Source: Acidobacteriota bacterium
Lineage (GTDB): Bacteria; Acidobacteriota; Vicinamibacteria; Vicinamibacterales; UBA2999
Assembly: GCA_031364805.1 (NCBI GenBank)
Contig: JANLWW010000011.1
Coordinates: forward strand, 9,149-73,148
Direction of reading: 5' to 3'
Length of the DNA stretch: 64,000 nt
Under the pieces are notes generated by a model. That model ran no database searches. It had not been told where the DNA came from and saw nothing but the letters and a program-made list of their open reading frames with translations. Position 1 is the first letter of the stretch. Each line of letters begins with the position of its first letter. Positions 19,179 through 28,901 of the stretch are shown here, piece by piece. A program made the translations under genes and the position numbers.

Positions 19179-20408
19179 ATGCTTCCGCGTGTGCTGGGTG
19201 TTGTCGCTGCGGCCCTGATCCTGCAATCGCTGGTCGCGGCGCAGGACTGGCCGCAAATTCTCGGACCGGGCCGCAACGGCATCTACACGGGCGCGCCGAT
19301 CGTGGCGTCGTTTCCCCGCAGCGGACCGCCACTGCTCTGGAAGCGCGACGTCGGCGCCGGCTTCGCCGGCCCGGCGGTGTCAGCCGGCAAGCTCGTGTTT
19401 TTCCATCGGGTCAACAATCGCGAGACCGTCGAGGCAATGGACGCGGCATCCGGCAAGACACTCTGGACCTTTGACTACCCCACCAGCTATCGCGACGACT
19501 TCGGCTTTGACGAAGGGCCCCGCGCCATCCCGGTGATCACCGGCGGCCGTGTCTTCACGCACGGCGCCGACGGCTGGCTGCATGGGCTCGACTTCGCCAC
19601 CGGCCGCAAGCTGTGGAGCGTCGATACCCGGCGCGTATTCGATGCACCGAAGGGTTACTTCGGCGTCGCCAGCTCACCGGTGGTCGACGGCGATCGCGTC
19701 ATGGTCAACGTCGGCGGCAAGTCCGCCGGCATCGTCGCCTTCGACGCCGGCAGCGGCAAGACGTTGTGGACCTCCACCAATGACGAGGCCAGTTATTCTG
19801 CGCCCGTGATGGCCGACATCGCCGGGCAACGGACCGCGGTGTTCTTCACGCGCACCGGCCTGCTTGCCGTCGACCCGGCAACTGGCGGGGTACGATACCA
19901 GTATCGCTGGCGCGCGCGCATGGCCGCCTCGGTAAACGCCGCCGCCCCGATCGTGGTGAAGGATCAAATATTCCTGTCGGCCAGCTATGGCACCGGCGCC
20001 GTGTTGCTGCAGGTCGCGAACAATGCCGTGAAACCAATCTGGTCTGGCGACGAGTCGATGTCGAATCACTACTCGACCAGCGTTTATCGCGACGGCTATC
20101 TCTATGGCTTTGAAGGCCGCCAGGAATTTGGCCAGAGCCTGCGGTGCATTGAAATGGCCACCGGCAAGGTGATGTGGAACGTCGATGGCTTTGGCGCCGG
20201 CACACTGCTGATTGCCGGCGACTCGCTGGTCATCTCGCGTGAATCGGGTGAGCTGGCGCTCGCTCCCGTGTCACCAAAAGCTTTCCGCTTCAACGCGCGC
20301 GCACAATTGATTCCCGGCGTGGTGCGGGCCTATGCCGCCCTGGCCGATGGCCGCTACTATGTGCGCAACGATCGCCAATTGAGCGCGTTCGACTTACGGG
20401 CTCGCTAA
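19179..20408 (+). CDS. PQQ-like beta-propeller repeat protein
   Basis: Signal peptide present. Repeated G-x-L-x-A-x-D-x-x-T/S-G-K-x-x-W blades (EAMDAASGKTLW, GLDFATGRKLW, AFDAGSGKTLW, IEMATGKVMW). Confidence 0.75.
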   Translation: MLPRVLGVVAAALILQSLVAAQDWPQILGPGRNGIYTGAPIVASFPRSGPPLLWKRDVGAGFAGPAVSAGKLVFFHRVNNRETVEAMDAASGKTLWTFDYPTSYRDDFGFDEGPRAIPVITGGRVFTHGADGWLHGLDFATGRKLWSVDTRRVFDAPKGYFGVASSPVVDGDRVMVNVGGKSAGIVAFDAGSGKTLWTSTNDEASYSAPVMADIAGQRTAVFFTRTGLLAVDPATGGVRYQYRWRARMAASVNAAAPIVVKDQIFLSASYGTGAVLLQVANNAVKPIWSGDESMSNHYSTSVYRDGYLYGFEGRQEFGQSLRCIEMATGKVMWNVDGFGAGTLLIAGDSLVISRESGELALAPVSPKAFRFNARAQLIPGVVRAYAALADGRYYVRNDRQLSAFDLRAR

Positions 20409-20413
20409 CCAAG

Positions 20414-21328
20414 TCACCAAGGACCCCGCACGGCCCACCGCAGCTTGGCCGATGACGAGCGTCGGTTTGCGAAGGTCTCCTCCTTCGTTGAGCGAATGAC
20501 CTCGCGCGCCACATGAGAATAGGTGCCCGACCGATGGCCGGCCTGGAACGCTTTCTTGACCCGCCGATCTTCGCCAGAGTGAAACGTCAGCACCGCCGCC
20601 CGGCCACCCGGCGCCAGGCATTGCGGCAGGTGCTGCAGCAGCGCATCCAACGCCGCGAACTCGTTGTTCACCGTGATTCGTAGCGCCTGAAGCGTCCGGC
20701 GGACCGACATTTTCACCTCAGGCTTGGCGAGGTCCGGCAAGGCCTCGTGCAGCCCCAGTCGAACCAACCGTTCGAGCTTGTTCGTGGTTTCGACCGGCTG
20801 TCGTTTCAGGATGCCGGCGATCAGGCCGGCGTGCGGCTCGTCTGCGTTCTCCCGCAGCAGCGCCACGAGAGAATCCTGGTCGCTGCGGGCGAGCAAGTCC
20901 GCCGCGGATTCCCCGCGGCCGGGGTCCATGCGCATGTCGAGAGGGCCGACGCCCCGATGGCTGAATCCGCGCTCGGGGTTGTCGTGTTGCATAGACGACA
21001 CACCGAGGTCGGCCAGGACCAGATCGACAGCCGGCAATCCTTCGGCGGCGATCACTTGCGGAAGATCGGCGAAGTTCCGGTGACGCGTCACGAACGCATC
21101 CGGGCCGAAACCTGCTGCCCTGATGCGGGCTTCTGTCAGCGGCAGCTCGCGCGAGTCGACATCGACCCCAATCACGCGCCCGCCCGGCATCACGCTGGCC
21201 AGGACCGCCAGCGCATGACCACCGCCGCCCAGCGTGCAATCCACCGCGATCTCGCCGGGCCGCGGCTGCAGGCAGCGCAACACCTCGATCACCATGATCG
21301 GCCGGTGCGACGGGGAGGAGGGGGGCAT
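20414..21328 (-). CDS. rsmH: 16S rRNA (cytosine1402-N4)-methyltransferase
   Basis: HRPIMV...VDCTLGGGGHA SAM motif and DLGVSSMQ motif. Start taken at an internal ATG to avoid the upstream gene. Confidence 0.8.
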   Translation of the reverse strand: MPPSSPSHRPIMVIEVLRCLQPRPGEIAVDCTLGGGGHALAVLASVMPGGRVIGVDVDSRELPLTEARIRAAGFGPDAFVTRHRNFADLPQVIAAEGLPAVDLVLADLGVSSMQHDNPERGFSHRGVGPLDMRMDPGRGESAADLLARSDQDSLVALLRENADEPHAGLIAGILKRQPVETTNKLERLVRLGLHEALPDLAKPEVKMSVRRTLQALRITVNNEFAALDALLQHLPQCLAPGGRAAVLTFHSGEDRRVKKAFQAGHRSGTYSHVAREVIRSTKEETFANRRSSSAKLRWAVRGPW

Positions 21329-21369
21329 GCAGGGCGCTACCAGGCGCTTGCGCGCGCGATCACACGCGG

Positions 21370-22353
21370 CTAATGGCAGACGTTCAGGCCGCGGTCGAGG
21401 ACCACGCCTGTCACGTCCTGGAATTCCCACTCGTAGAGAGCGGGTTCCAGCTTCAACCGCAACAGGCCGTGGGTGGAGAGCAGTACTTCCGAGTGCCGAG
21501 CGGCGCGTGCGCGGGCGTACGGCGGCGCGCCGCCAGTGCCGGCAACGAACAAGCGTATGCCCTTCGCTGGATCGGCACGTCCGCTCGCATCCTGAGGCGC
21601 GTGGCGTTCGTAGAAGTGATCGTGTCCGGTGACCACCACGTCAACGCCCAGGCCATGCATCATGTCGAACAAGTCACGCTGGCCTGGATTCGGGCCGTTC
21701 GGTCCCGAGCTGTCGAACGGATGATGCATCACGGCCAGGGTGCAACGCGTGGGATTGGCAATGATTTCCTGCCGCGCCCACTCGAGTTGCGCCGAGTTGC
21801 GGGCGTGGGCGATGTTCGAGTTGAGCATCAGCACCTGCCAAGTGCCTGAGCGCACAGAGTAATAGCCGCGCCGCACGGGGCCGGCGCGGTCGCCAAAGTA
21901 AGAAAAATAGCCGTCGGCCCCCGCGGTCATGTAGTCGTGGTTGCCGGGAGCCGCCCAGAGGCGCGAGCGGAAGCGGCCGAAGTCGGGCTCGAAACAGCGC
22001 TGGAACTCGCCGAGCGTGCCGTTGGGATACGCCAGGTCACCGGCCAAAAAAATGTCGCCGCCGAGGGTGGCCATCAGCCGTGACAACGCTGGCATGGCTG
22101 GCGACCCGCACCACCCGGTATCGCCGAATATGTTGACCCAATTGGTCTGGATCGGCGCCGGCGGTGCGGGCGTTGTCGGGCCCGCCGGTGTTTCATTGGT
22201 CGGTACTTCAATGGTTACGGGCGGCGTGACCGTGATCGGCGCCGGCGCTGCCGGGGTCGGCGAGGACGGCGAACCGCTGCACCAGGCAGACAGGATCGCG
22301 GCCCCTAGAAGCAGGGGCAAGGCGAGCGTCCTGAGCGTCGGGTGCCACATCAA
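21370..22353 (-). CDS. secreted metallophosphoesterase (calcineurin-like)
   Basis: GDTG...GD-x-x-Y...GNHDY...HHP...GHDH motif series. Hydrophobic N-terminus. Confidence 0.8.
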   Translation of the reverse strand: MMWHPTLRTLALPLLLGAAILSAWCSGSPSSPTPAAPAPITVTPPVTIEVPTNETPAGPTTPAPPAPIQTNWVNIFGDTGWCGSPAMPALSRLMATLGGDIFLAGDLAYPNGTLGEFQRCFEPDFGRFRSRLWAAPGNHDYMTAGADGYFSYFGDRAGPVRRGYYSVRSGTWQVLMLNSNIAHARNSAQLEWARQEIIANPTRCTLAVMHHPFDSSGPNGPNPGQRDLFDMMHGLGVDVVVTGHDHFYERHAPQDASGRADPAKGIRLFVAGTGGAPPYARARAARHSEVLLSTHGLLRLKLEPALYEWEFQDVTGVVLDRGLNVCH

Positions 22354-22408
22354 TGCAGTTCTGTAACATGGCCGGGATTAAACCCGGCAGCACGATACCT
22401 CGTCTATA

Positions 22409-23656
22409 TTGTGTATCGTGCGAAACCGCATCGCAACACTTGTAACAGCCGTTTTGACCGTCATCTGGTTAAGCGCCGGACCGGCTCATGCGCAAACTGC
22501 TGACGAGTTATTTGCCAGCCAATCGCTGCAGCGGCTGGATTTGTGGGTCAACACCGCCGACTGGAACAAGTTGGGCACCGACTTTCAGACCAACACGTAT
22601 TATCCGGCCGACGTCACGTGGAATGGACAGACCGCGCGCAACGTCGGCATTCGCTCGCGGGGGCGGGGCTCGCGCAGTGGAACCAAGCCTGGACTGCGGG
22701 TCGTTTTCGACCGCTATGCGAGCGGCCAAACCTTTCTTGGCTTGAAGTCATTCGTGCTCGACAACCTCACGCAGGATCCGTCGGGCATTCACGAGACCGT
22801 GGCCACCGCGTTTTACGCGCGCCTGGGCATTCCGGCGTCGCGCGAGATCCACACGCGTCTGTATGTCAACAACACCTATACCGGCCTCTACGCCATCGTT
22901 GAATCGGTCGACAAGGACCTGCTCGCGAGAGTCTTTGGCAAGATCGGCGACGACACCCAGAATGATGGCTACCTGTTCGAGTTCAAGTATCAGGATGACT
23001 GGCGCTTCGCCAATCTTGGCAGCAGCCTTGACCCCTACAAGATTCGCTTCGAGGCGACCACGCACGAATCGAAAAGTGACGAGGACAAGTACCGGGCAAT
23101 CGAAACGCTGGTGCGACTGACCAACGAGACGCCGGCCGACCTCCTCAAGGATGCGATCGGCGGGTTGCTCGACATCCCGGCGTTCCTCCGCTTCATCGCG
23201 GCGCAGTCGTTTGTGGCCGAGACCGATGGCTTCGTCGGTAACTATGGCATCAACAATTTTTTCCTGTATCGACTGGAAAACCAGGCCGTCCACACCGTCA
23301 TTGCCTGGGACGCCGACAACACGTTCTGGGGGCCGGAATTCTCACTCGACGTGTCGTGGGCAGGCAACGTTCTGATCGACAAGCTGATGTCGGTGCCCGA
23401 GTACCGCGCTCTCTACCTGGCCGAGGCCGCGCGCGCGGTCGAATTGGCCGAAGCAGATGGCTGGCTCGACACCGAGATCATCCGGCAGGTCCAGAGAATC
23501 GATACGGCGATGAGGGAAGATCCACTCAAGCCGTATCGGCAGGAAACCTTCGAAGGCTCGATTGGCGTGATGTTGAGTTTTGCGCGAGCCCGCATCACGT
23601 TCGTCAAATGCGAGCTCACGCATGGCATCGGTAACGGCATCTGCCGCACGCCGTAA
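22409..23656 (+). CDS. CotH kinase family protein
   Basis: 415-aa ORF with a signal peptide and CotH-like blocks (GIRSRGRGSR, LDNLTQDPSGIHE, LYVNNTYTGLYAIVESVDKD, NNFFLY). Confidence 0.7.
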   Translation: MCIVRNRIATLVTAVLTVIWLSAGPAHAQTADELFASQSLQRLDLWVNTADWNKLGTDFQTNTYYPADVTWNGQTARNVGIRSRGRGSRSGTKPGLRVVFDRYASGQTFLGLKSFVLDNLTQDPSGIHETVATAFYARLGIPASREIHTRLYVNNTYTGLYAIVESVDKDLLARVFGKIGDDTQNDGYLFEFKYQDDWRFANLGSSLDPYKIRFEATTHESKSDEDKYRAIETLVRLTNETPADLLKDAIGGLLDIPAFLRFIAAQSFVAETDGFVGNYGINNFFLYRLENQAVHTVIAWDADNTFWGPEFSLDVSWAGNVLIDKLMSVPEYRALYLAEAARAVELAEADGWLDTEIIRQVQRIDTAMREDPLKPYRQETFEGSIGVMLSFARARITFVKCELTHGIGNGICRTP

Positions 23657-23672
23657 CACGGCGGACCGGACC

Positions 23673-24665
23673 CTATTTCGTCACGGTCACGACGATGTCC
23701 TTCGTCGTGTTCAGTGCGCCATCTGACGCCAGGCACCGAATCGTGTAGGTGCCCGGGTCCTCGAAACTCGCGGCCACGGTGTACTTGCCATCGGCCGGAA
23801 TCGCCGGCGCCATCCAGCGCGGTGCCCACGGCGAGTTGGCTCCCGCGCGGGTATCTTCCCAGACCTTTGCCTGTGACGGCGTGAAGGTCACCCGGCCGGC
23901 ACCGCGATAGACGAAACAGGAGTGACGCAGGCCGGTCTGGCTGCCGACGGTGATGGCTGACGGCGGACGCTGCGAGCCCGGGTCGAAGGTCATGACACCA
24001 CGCGGCGCGGGCGCGGGAGGCGTGCCGTTGGTAGCGCGGGCGCGCGCCTGGGCAATCAGGCGCGCCTCGCGCGAGTCGGGACCGAAACGAGGCGCAGGCA
24101 CGCCGTCGTCCTTCGCGAAGGCGATCAACGTCAGCGGCTGGCCGATCTGCGCGCGCCGGTCTCCGCCGTCAAGGGTGAGGGTGGGCGGCTGGTTGGCGCG
24201 AATCTCCGGACTGCTGATACCGGCGCCGATGGCGCCCTGCTCCGAGGCCTGGACGAGGTTGTCGACCAGCGAGTCTTCGCGCAACGTGCCGTAGGCGCGC
24301 TCGGTCTTGCCGCGCGTGCTGAGCGTCCACACCAGTTCCTTCTTGCCCCAGTCTTTCGGCACGCGCACCTTGAACACGAAGCGGTTACGGCGCGGCAGGA
24401 AGCGCGTGGGCTGGCCCTGGTCGGGTTCACCAGGAGAGAAGCTGTTCTCTGCGCCGAGCGGAACGTTCACTTCCTCTTCCCAATTCCGGTTCATGTAGCC
24501 GAACATCATGTTGAACGAGCCATCGTCGTTCTTCTCCCAGCCTTCGAAGGCGGGAGAAACTGTCTGTCCGCTGGAGTACGACAACATCTGGGTGCTGGCG
24601 GTCTGATACGCGAGCACGATGGTGGCCGCGCCAAGCAGCAGGCGCGTGCGTCCTGATCGAATCAT
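23673..24665 (-). CDS. secreted protein of unknown function (C-terminal Ig-like beta domain)
   Basis: 330-aa ORF with a signal peptide (LLLGAATIVLAYQTAS). The last about 100 aa are strand-rich (YTVAASFEDPGTYTIRCLASDG). Confidence 0.5.
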   Translation of the reverse strand: MIRSGRTRLLLGAATIVLAYQTASTQMLSYSSGQTVSPAFEGWEKNDDGSFNMMFGYMNRNWEEEVNVPLGAENSFSPGEPDQGQPTRFLPRRNRFVFKVRVPKDWGKKELVWTLSTRGKTERAYGTLREDSLVDNLVQASEQGAIGAGISSPEIRANQPPTLTLDGGDRRAQIGQPLTLIAFAKDDGVPAPRFGPDSREARLIAQARARATNGTPPAPAPRGVMTFDPGSQRPPSAITVGSQTGLRHSCFVYRGAGRVTFTPSQAKVWEDTRAGANSPWAPRWMAPAIPADGKYTVAASFEDPGTYTIRCLASDGALNTTKDIVVTVTK

Positions 24666-24686
24666 GTCTGGGGTCCTCGAAAAAGA

Positions 24687-24716
24687 GGAGTCTGACGCCG
24701 GTCCGCGTCAGACTCC
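24687..24716 (-). terminator. intrinsic terminator candidate between two cluster genes
   Basis: Perfect 12-bp stem GGAGTCTGACGC/GCGTCAGACTCC with a 6-nt loop. On the minus strand it is followed by TCTTTTTCG. Confidence 0.6.
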
Positions 24717-24724
24717 AATTCCAG

Positions 24725-26179
24725 TTACTGCTGCTGTGCCGTCGGCTTGGCCGGCGGCGGAATCACGTTGCAGAGCGGGCAGCCGATAATGACGTCCGGC
24801 CGGTTGGCGCCGAGCTTGCGGCGGCGTTCCGCCATCTCCTGCTGGAACTCATCGTCGGTCAAGGGCACCGACTGCCCGAGGTCGATGAACATGTTGGCGA
24901 TCGAGCGGTTGCCCGAGCCCTGCCAGTTGCGCGGGTCGGGAATGTTCTTGTTGTTCGGCGTGTTGTCCATGTAGCCGATGATGTGGAGGATGGTGCCACG
25001 CGGCAGGATCGGCGCGTGGTCGTCATCGTATTCGTACTGGCGCACCCAGTTGTGGTCATAGCCGGCGCAGGTCAGCGTCTGGATGTTGATGCCCCAGATG
25101 GCCTCGAGGCACATGCGCTGTCCCGGCGCGTGCAGGTGCGGTTCAAAGGTGGCAATCTTGGTGGGCTGCTGCAACACCATGTAGGCGTGCAGTTGCTGGT
25201 TGGCTTCGTTCGGCTTGATGTCGATGTCGAGGCCGTTACCGAGGTTGCGCAGCGTGCTGCGGCGCGCCGGCTTGTAGCCCTTGGGGTGGAACTTGAAGCC
25301 GAACAGCAGCTTCGACTTCACGTCGGCACCGCCGGCGTGCAAGTGCGCGGATTGATAAATGATGCTGGAGTTGGCCTTCAACAGGCGGCCGGCGTTCGGT
25401 TCGAAGACGTCGGCGTTGCGACCGACCTCGTGCACCGGCCAGCCGACGGCGCCCTCGGAAATCGAGGCGTCGATCGCGTCACCCGCGCCATCGAATTCGG
25501 CGGTCGCCCAGATCAGGTGGTGCCATACGTAGCGTTGGCCCACAGTGTCGCGGCCAGCCGCGTCCTTGGCGAAGTTGTTGACCTCGCGGATTTCCACCGA
25601 CGCGACATAACGGTCCTCGGTCAGCGGAATCTTGGTGGGCTCGAACTCGCCCCACCAGTCGGGGGTGTTGGCCTTGACGGTGATTTCCGGGCTCTCCACG
25701 ATCAGGTCAGGTTCGCCGGCGTGCCAGGACGCGCCGTCCTGAAAGGTGCGTGCTACCGGCATATCGGCGGCGTTGCCGCGCGGTGCCCCGGTATCGGCCC
25801 ACTTGGCAATCTTCGCGACTTCCTCATCGCTCAGCGACGGGTCGTTCTTATAGTGCTGAATGCCGATGTTCTTTTCGATATACCACGGCGGCATTACGCC
25901 GGCCTTGTCGCGCAGGCTCGTGCGCAGCTTCATGGAACGCGCCCACGGGCGCGCATCCTCGTAGGTCAGCAGCGACATGGGCGCCACCTGGCCGGGCCGG
26001 TGGCAGTTCTGGCAGCTGCGCTGAAGGATTGGGGCAATGTCCTTGGTGAACGTCACCTCTGGCGTGGGAGCGGCCTGTTGAGCCGTCACCGCGAGAGGCG
26101 CGACCGCAGCCGCAATCGCCGCGCCAAACAGCACCACGCCAAGGGTAAGGCCCCCGCCGAAACTCTTTCCAACCGCCAT
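24725..26179 (-). CDS. secreted heme-binding (CxxCH) protein with PSCyt-like N-terminus and monooxygenase-like beta-sandwich body
   Basis: 484-aa ORF with a signal peptide. FTKDIAPILQRSCQNCHRPG heme-c motif, then MPPWY...GAPRGN. AAGGAG RBS upstream. Confidence 0.55.
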   Translation of the reverse strand: MAVGKSFGGGLTLGVVLFGAAIAAAVAPLAVTAQQAAPTPEVTFTKDIAPILQRSCQNCHRPGQVAPMSLLTYEDARPWARSMKLRTSLRDKAGVMPPWYIEKNIGIQHYKNDPSLSDEEVAKIAKWADTGAPRGNAADMPVARTFQDGASWHAGEPDLIVESPEITVKANTPDWWGEFEPTKIPLTEDRYVASVEIREVNNFAKDAAGRDTVGQRYVWHHLIWATAEFDGAGDAIDASISEGAVGWPVHEVGRNADVFEPNAGRLLKANSSIIYQSAHLHAGGADVKSKLLFGFKFHPKGYKPARRSTLRNLGNGLDIDIKPNEANQQLHAYMVLQQPTKIATFEPHLHAPGQRMCLEAIWGINIQTLTCAGYDHNWVRQYEYDDDHAPILPRGTILHIIGYMDNTPNNKNIPDPRNWQGSGNRSIANMFIDLGQSVPLTDDEFQQEMAERRRKLGANRPDVIIGCPLCNVIPPPAKPTAQQQ

Positions 26180-26297
26180 TACACACTCTCCTTAAGTAGG
26201 TCCGAGGCCACCAATTGTAACAGGCGCCGGCCGGCCTTGGGCCGGATCGGACGACTTACGAAACCCGTAAAGATGACGTGAAAGTGAAGCAGGTTCA

Positions 26298-27677
26298 CTA
26301 TTGTCGAAGCATCGCTGTTCCGTTGCGTTTTGGGACCTGCCCTACCGGTATACGAGTAATAACTTTTAAAGTTGCGGTATTCACGACCGTTACAGCGTTA
26401 TCGCCGGCGGCGGCGACGTAAATCTGCTTCCCGTCGGGCGAGAAAGTGACCCACTCGGGGTGTTGGCCAACGTTGACCGTGCCGATCGGCTTCAGATCCG
26501 GCAGCGAATAAGCGTAGAGCTGACTATAAACCTTGCTGGTCGCAAACAGGATCTTGCCGTCAGGGGTGACACCCAGGCCGTGGGCGGGGGCGGCCTGCAA
26601 TCCCTGGGTGTGCTTCTCCTCGCCCGGAATCGGGGCCATCTCAAACCGCGACACTTCCTTGCGGGTGGCGAAGTCCACGACGGCGATGCCATGGTAGTCA
26701 GACAACTGCAGAAAGATCCGCGACGTGGAGCCATCGCGCGCCTGTTCAAACGTGATGGGTCTCACACCGGCTGATGTCGGCAGTTCCCAGGCAATGGTCT
26801 CGGTCGCGGCGTCAATCACCGTCAGCATTCGCCCAGGTATGGAGCCCGAAACCACGTATTTCCCGTCCGGCGTCACGTATACGTTGTGGATCGCGCCCTT
26901 GACCGCGATCGACTTGGCATTGGTCAGCGACACGGTGTCGATCACGTCCACCGCGCCGGGCGCCTGCGCAATCCCCACATAGACACGCCGGCCGTCCTTG
27001 CCAATCGCCACATTGTTGGGCCGGCCACTGAGAGGAATGCGAGCGGAGACGGCGAGCGTCTGCGCATCGACCACGTCGAGTGTGTGCAGCGCCTCGTTGG
27101 TGAAGTAGAGCCGCAGCCCATCGGGCGACGAGGTCACGCCGTGGGGCACCTCGATGTCGTGGATCACGCCAACCACCTTGTTGGTGCCGGGATCGATTAA
27201 GTGGATGTTGTCTCCCGCGGCGTTGGTTTGCACGATGCGGGCAACGCGGGTGTCCCGTGAAGTAGCCAGCGTGGCGCCGTTCACCCACGCCGAAAGAACT
27301 TGCCAGTCGGGGTCGTCTTTCGACATCCAGTGCTGGCCGCCGCCGTGAAACACGTCACCGCCCGCCGCCCTGGCTAGTGGATGACGCAAGAGCTTGCTCG
27401 CGCCTGGACTGCCGGGCACCACCATCGCCGTCGCAGCCTCGTAGTTCTGGCGGGTTTGCTCTTCGCTCCACGCCTGGGCGCCCTCGGAAAACCGTTGCAG
27501 GCGCAGTGTCGTGCTCCCGGCATGACAGGTCACACACCGGGCGTGATCCTGCCGTTTCTCGAGAAACAGCGGCTGGACGCGCGCCTTGTAGAAGTCGTAG
27601 TCGAGGGCGGGCGCCGGGGCGGAGGGCGGCGCGGGTTGCTGTCCGAGTAACGCCGCCAATAGCAAGACGACCAGCAT
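26298..27677 (-). CDS. cytochrome c (CxxCH) domain fused to a YVTN/lactonase-type beta-propeller
   Basis: 459-aa ORF with a signal peptide and a CVTCH motif. Repeated blades with PHGV/RPNNVA/IHNVY/PEWVTFSPDG signatures. Confidence 0.65.
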   Translation of the reverse strand: MLVVLLLAALLGQQPAPPSAPAPALDYDFYKARVQPLFLEKRQDHARCVTCHAGSTTLRLQRFSEGAQAWSEEQTRQNYEAATAMVVPGSPGASKLLRHPLARAAGGDVFHGGGQHWMSKDDPDWQVLSAWVNGATLATSRDTRVARIVQTNAAGDNIHLIDPGTNKVVGVIHDIEVPHGVTSSPDGLRLYFTNEALHTLDVVDAQTLAVSARIPLSGRPNNVAIGKDGRRVYVGIAQAPGAVDVIDTVSLTNAKSIAVKGAIHNVYVTPDGKYVVSGSIPGRMLTVIDAATETIAWELPTSAGVRPITFEQARDGSTSRIFLQLSDYHGIAVVDFATRKEVSRFEMAPIPGEEKHTQGLQAAPAHGLGVTPDGKILFATSKVYSQLYAYSLPDLKPIGTVNVGQHPEWVTFSPDGKQIYVAAAGDNAVTVVNTATLKVITRIPVGQVPKRNGTAMLRQ

Positions 27678-27798
27678 TCGATGACTCCTTGAATGGGTTT
27701 GTCCCTACGGCTGTCCCATTGGTAGGGAATTCTAGCGCCGTTCGTCATGCATCGGATACGATTGGCCTTTTCCAAGGCGAACTCTTCAAGGCGGACCT

Positions 27799-28839
27799 GT
27801 GCATCCTGACCTCCAAGACGCGATTACCTTCCACGAGGCCATCCTCGCGGAAGGCGGCAAGGCCCTCGTTGGCTATACCCAGCCCAAGATCCTGGCGAAC
27901 ATCGTCTTGTTGTCGGAGATTCCGACCACCTACGACAAGAAAGAGCAGCGTCAGGTCAACTCCGGCAACCTCCTCTTGCGAGGCGTGCCGGGCGTCGGCA
28001 AGACGTTCTTCGGCGTCATCCTGGCGGCGATCAGCAACGCCAAGTTCGCGCGTATTCAGGGCCGCGCCGACCTGCAGCCGACCGAAGTGGTCGGCTTCCA
28101 GATGATCAATCCGGCGACCGGCGTGCTCACCACCGAGATGGGCCCGCTGGCCGAAGCCGAAGTCATTTTGCTGGATGAAATCAACCGTATCCCCCTGAAG
28201 TCGCAAAGTGCCTTCCTCGAAGGCCTGCAGGACCGCACCGTCACGGTCGGCAAGACGACCTACGAGCTGCCGGCCTTTAACTTCGCGATCGCCACCATGA
28301 ATCCGGTGGAGCTCGGCCAGGGCACCTTCCCGCTGTCGGAAGCCGCCACCGATCGCTTCGCGATCATGGTGAACATTGGCTACCTGCCGCCAGAAGAAGA
28401 ACGAAAACTCGTGCACTTCGACTTCAAGCAGGTGCGCCTCAATCCGCTGATGCGCAAGGAACGGATTATCGAACTGCGAGCCGCCATCACCGAACACGTC
28501 TATCTCCACGAGCGGCTCGGGGATTACATCCAGCGCCTGGTCGCTAACACGCGTCCTTACAATGCCGACACCGACTGGCTGAGGCACTCGCCGTCGGAGC
28601 TGGTCGAAACCGGCGTCGACCTCGGCGCCTCGCCCCGCGCCATCATCGTCTGGGGCCGGCTCGCCAAGGTGTGGGCACTGCTCGTGCGGCGTCGAGACGA
28701 GGTGTATCCGGAAGACATCCAGGACCTCGCGACCTACGTGCTCGGCCATCGCCTGTGGCTCGGCCCGCACGCCGCGAGCCACGGCCTAACAACCGACGCC
28801 GTGATCCAGGACGTCATCGAACGCACCCCGATTCCATGA
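27799..28839 (+). CDS. MoxR family AAA+ ATPase
   Basis: GTG start. Walker A GVPGVGKT, Walker B ILLDEINR, and the MoxR-typical C-terminal helical lid. Confidence 0.9.
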   Translation: MHPDLQDAITFHEAILAEGGKALVGYTQPKILANIVLLSEIPTTYDKKEQRQVNSGNLLLRGVPGVGKTFFGVILAAISNAKFARIQGRADLQPTEVVGFQMINPATGVLTTEMGPLAEAEVILLDEINRIPLKSQSAFLEGLQDRTVTVGKTTYELPAFNFAIATMNPVELGQGTFPLSEAATDRFAIMVNIGYLPPEEERKLVHFDFKQVRLNPLMRKERIIELRAAITEHVYLHERLGDYIQRLVANTRPYNADTDWLRHSPSELVETGVDLGASPRAIIVWGRLAKVWALLVRRRDEVYPEDIQDLATYVLGHRLWLGPHAASHGLTTDAVIQDVIERTPIP

Positions 28840-28843
28840 TGGC

Positions 28844-28901
28844 TCGCTTCGCTCGTAAGCCGGGTGGGGTTCGCTTCGCTCGTAGGGGTCGCTTCGCTGC
28901 T
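28844..28901 (+). repeat. tandem TCGCTTCGCTCGTA repeats each followed by a G-tract
   Basis: tcgcttcgctcgta occurs at 28844-28857 and 28871-28884, with a partial third copy at 28889-28901. The repeats fill the MoxR/DUF58 spacer. Confidence 0.85.
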
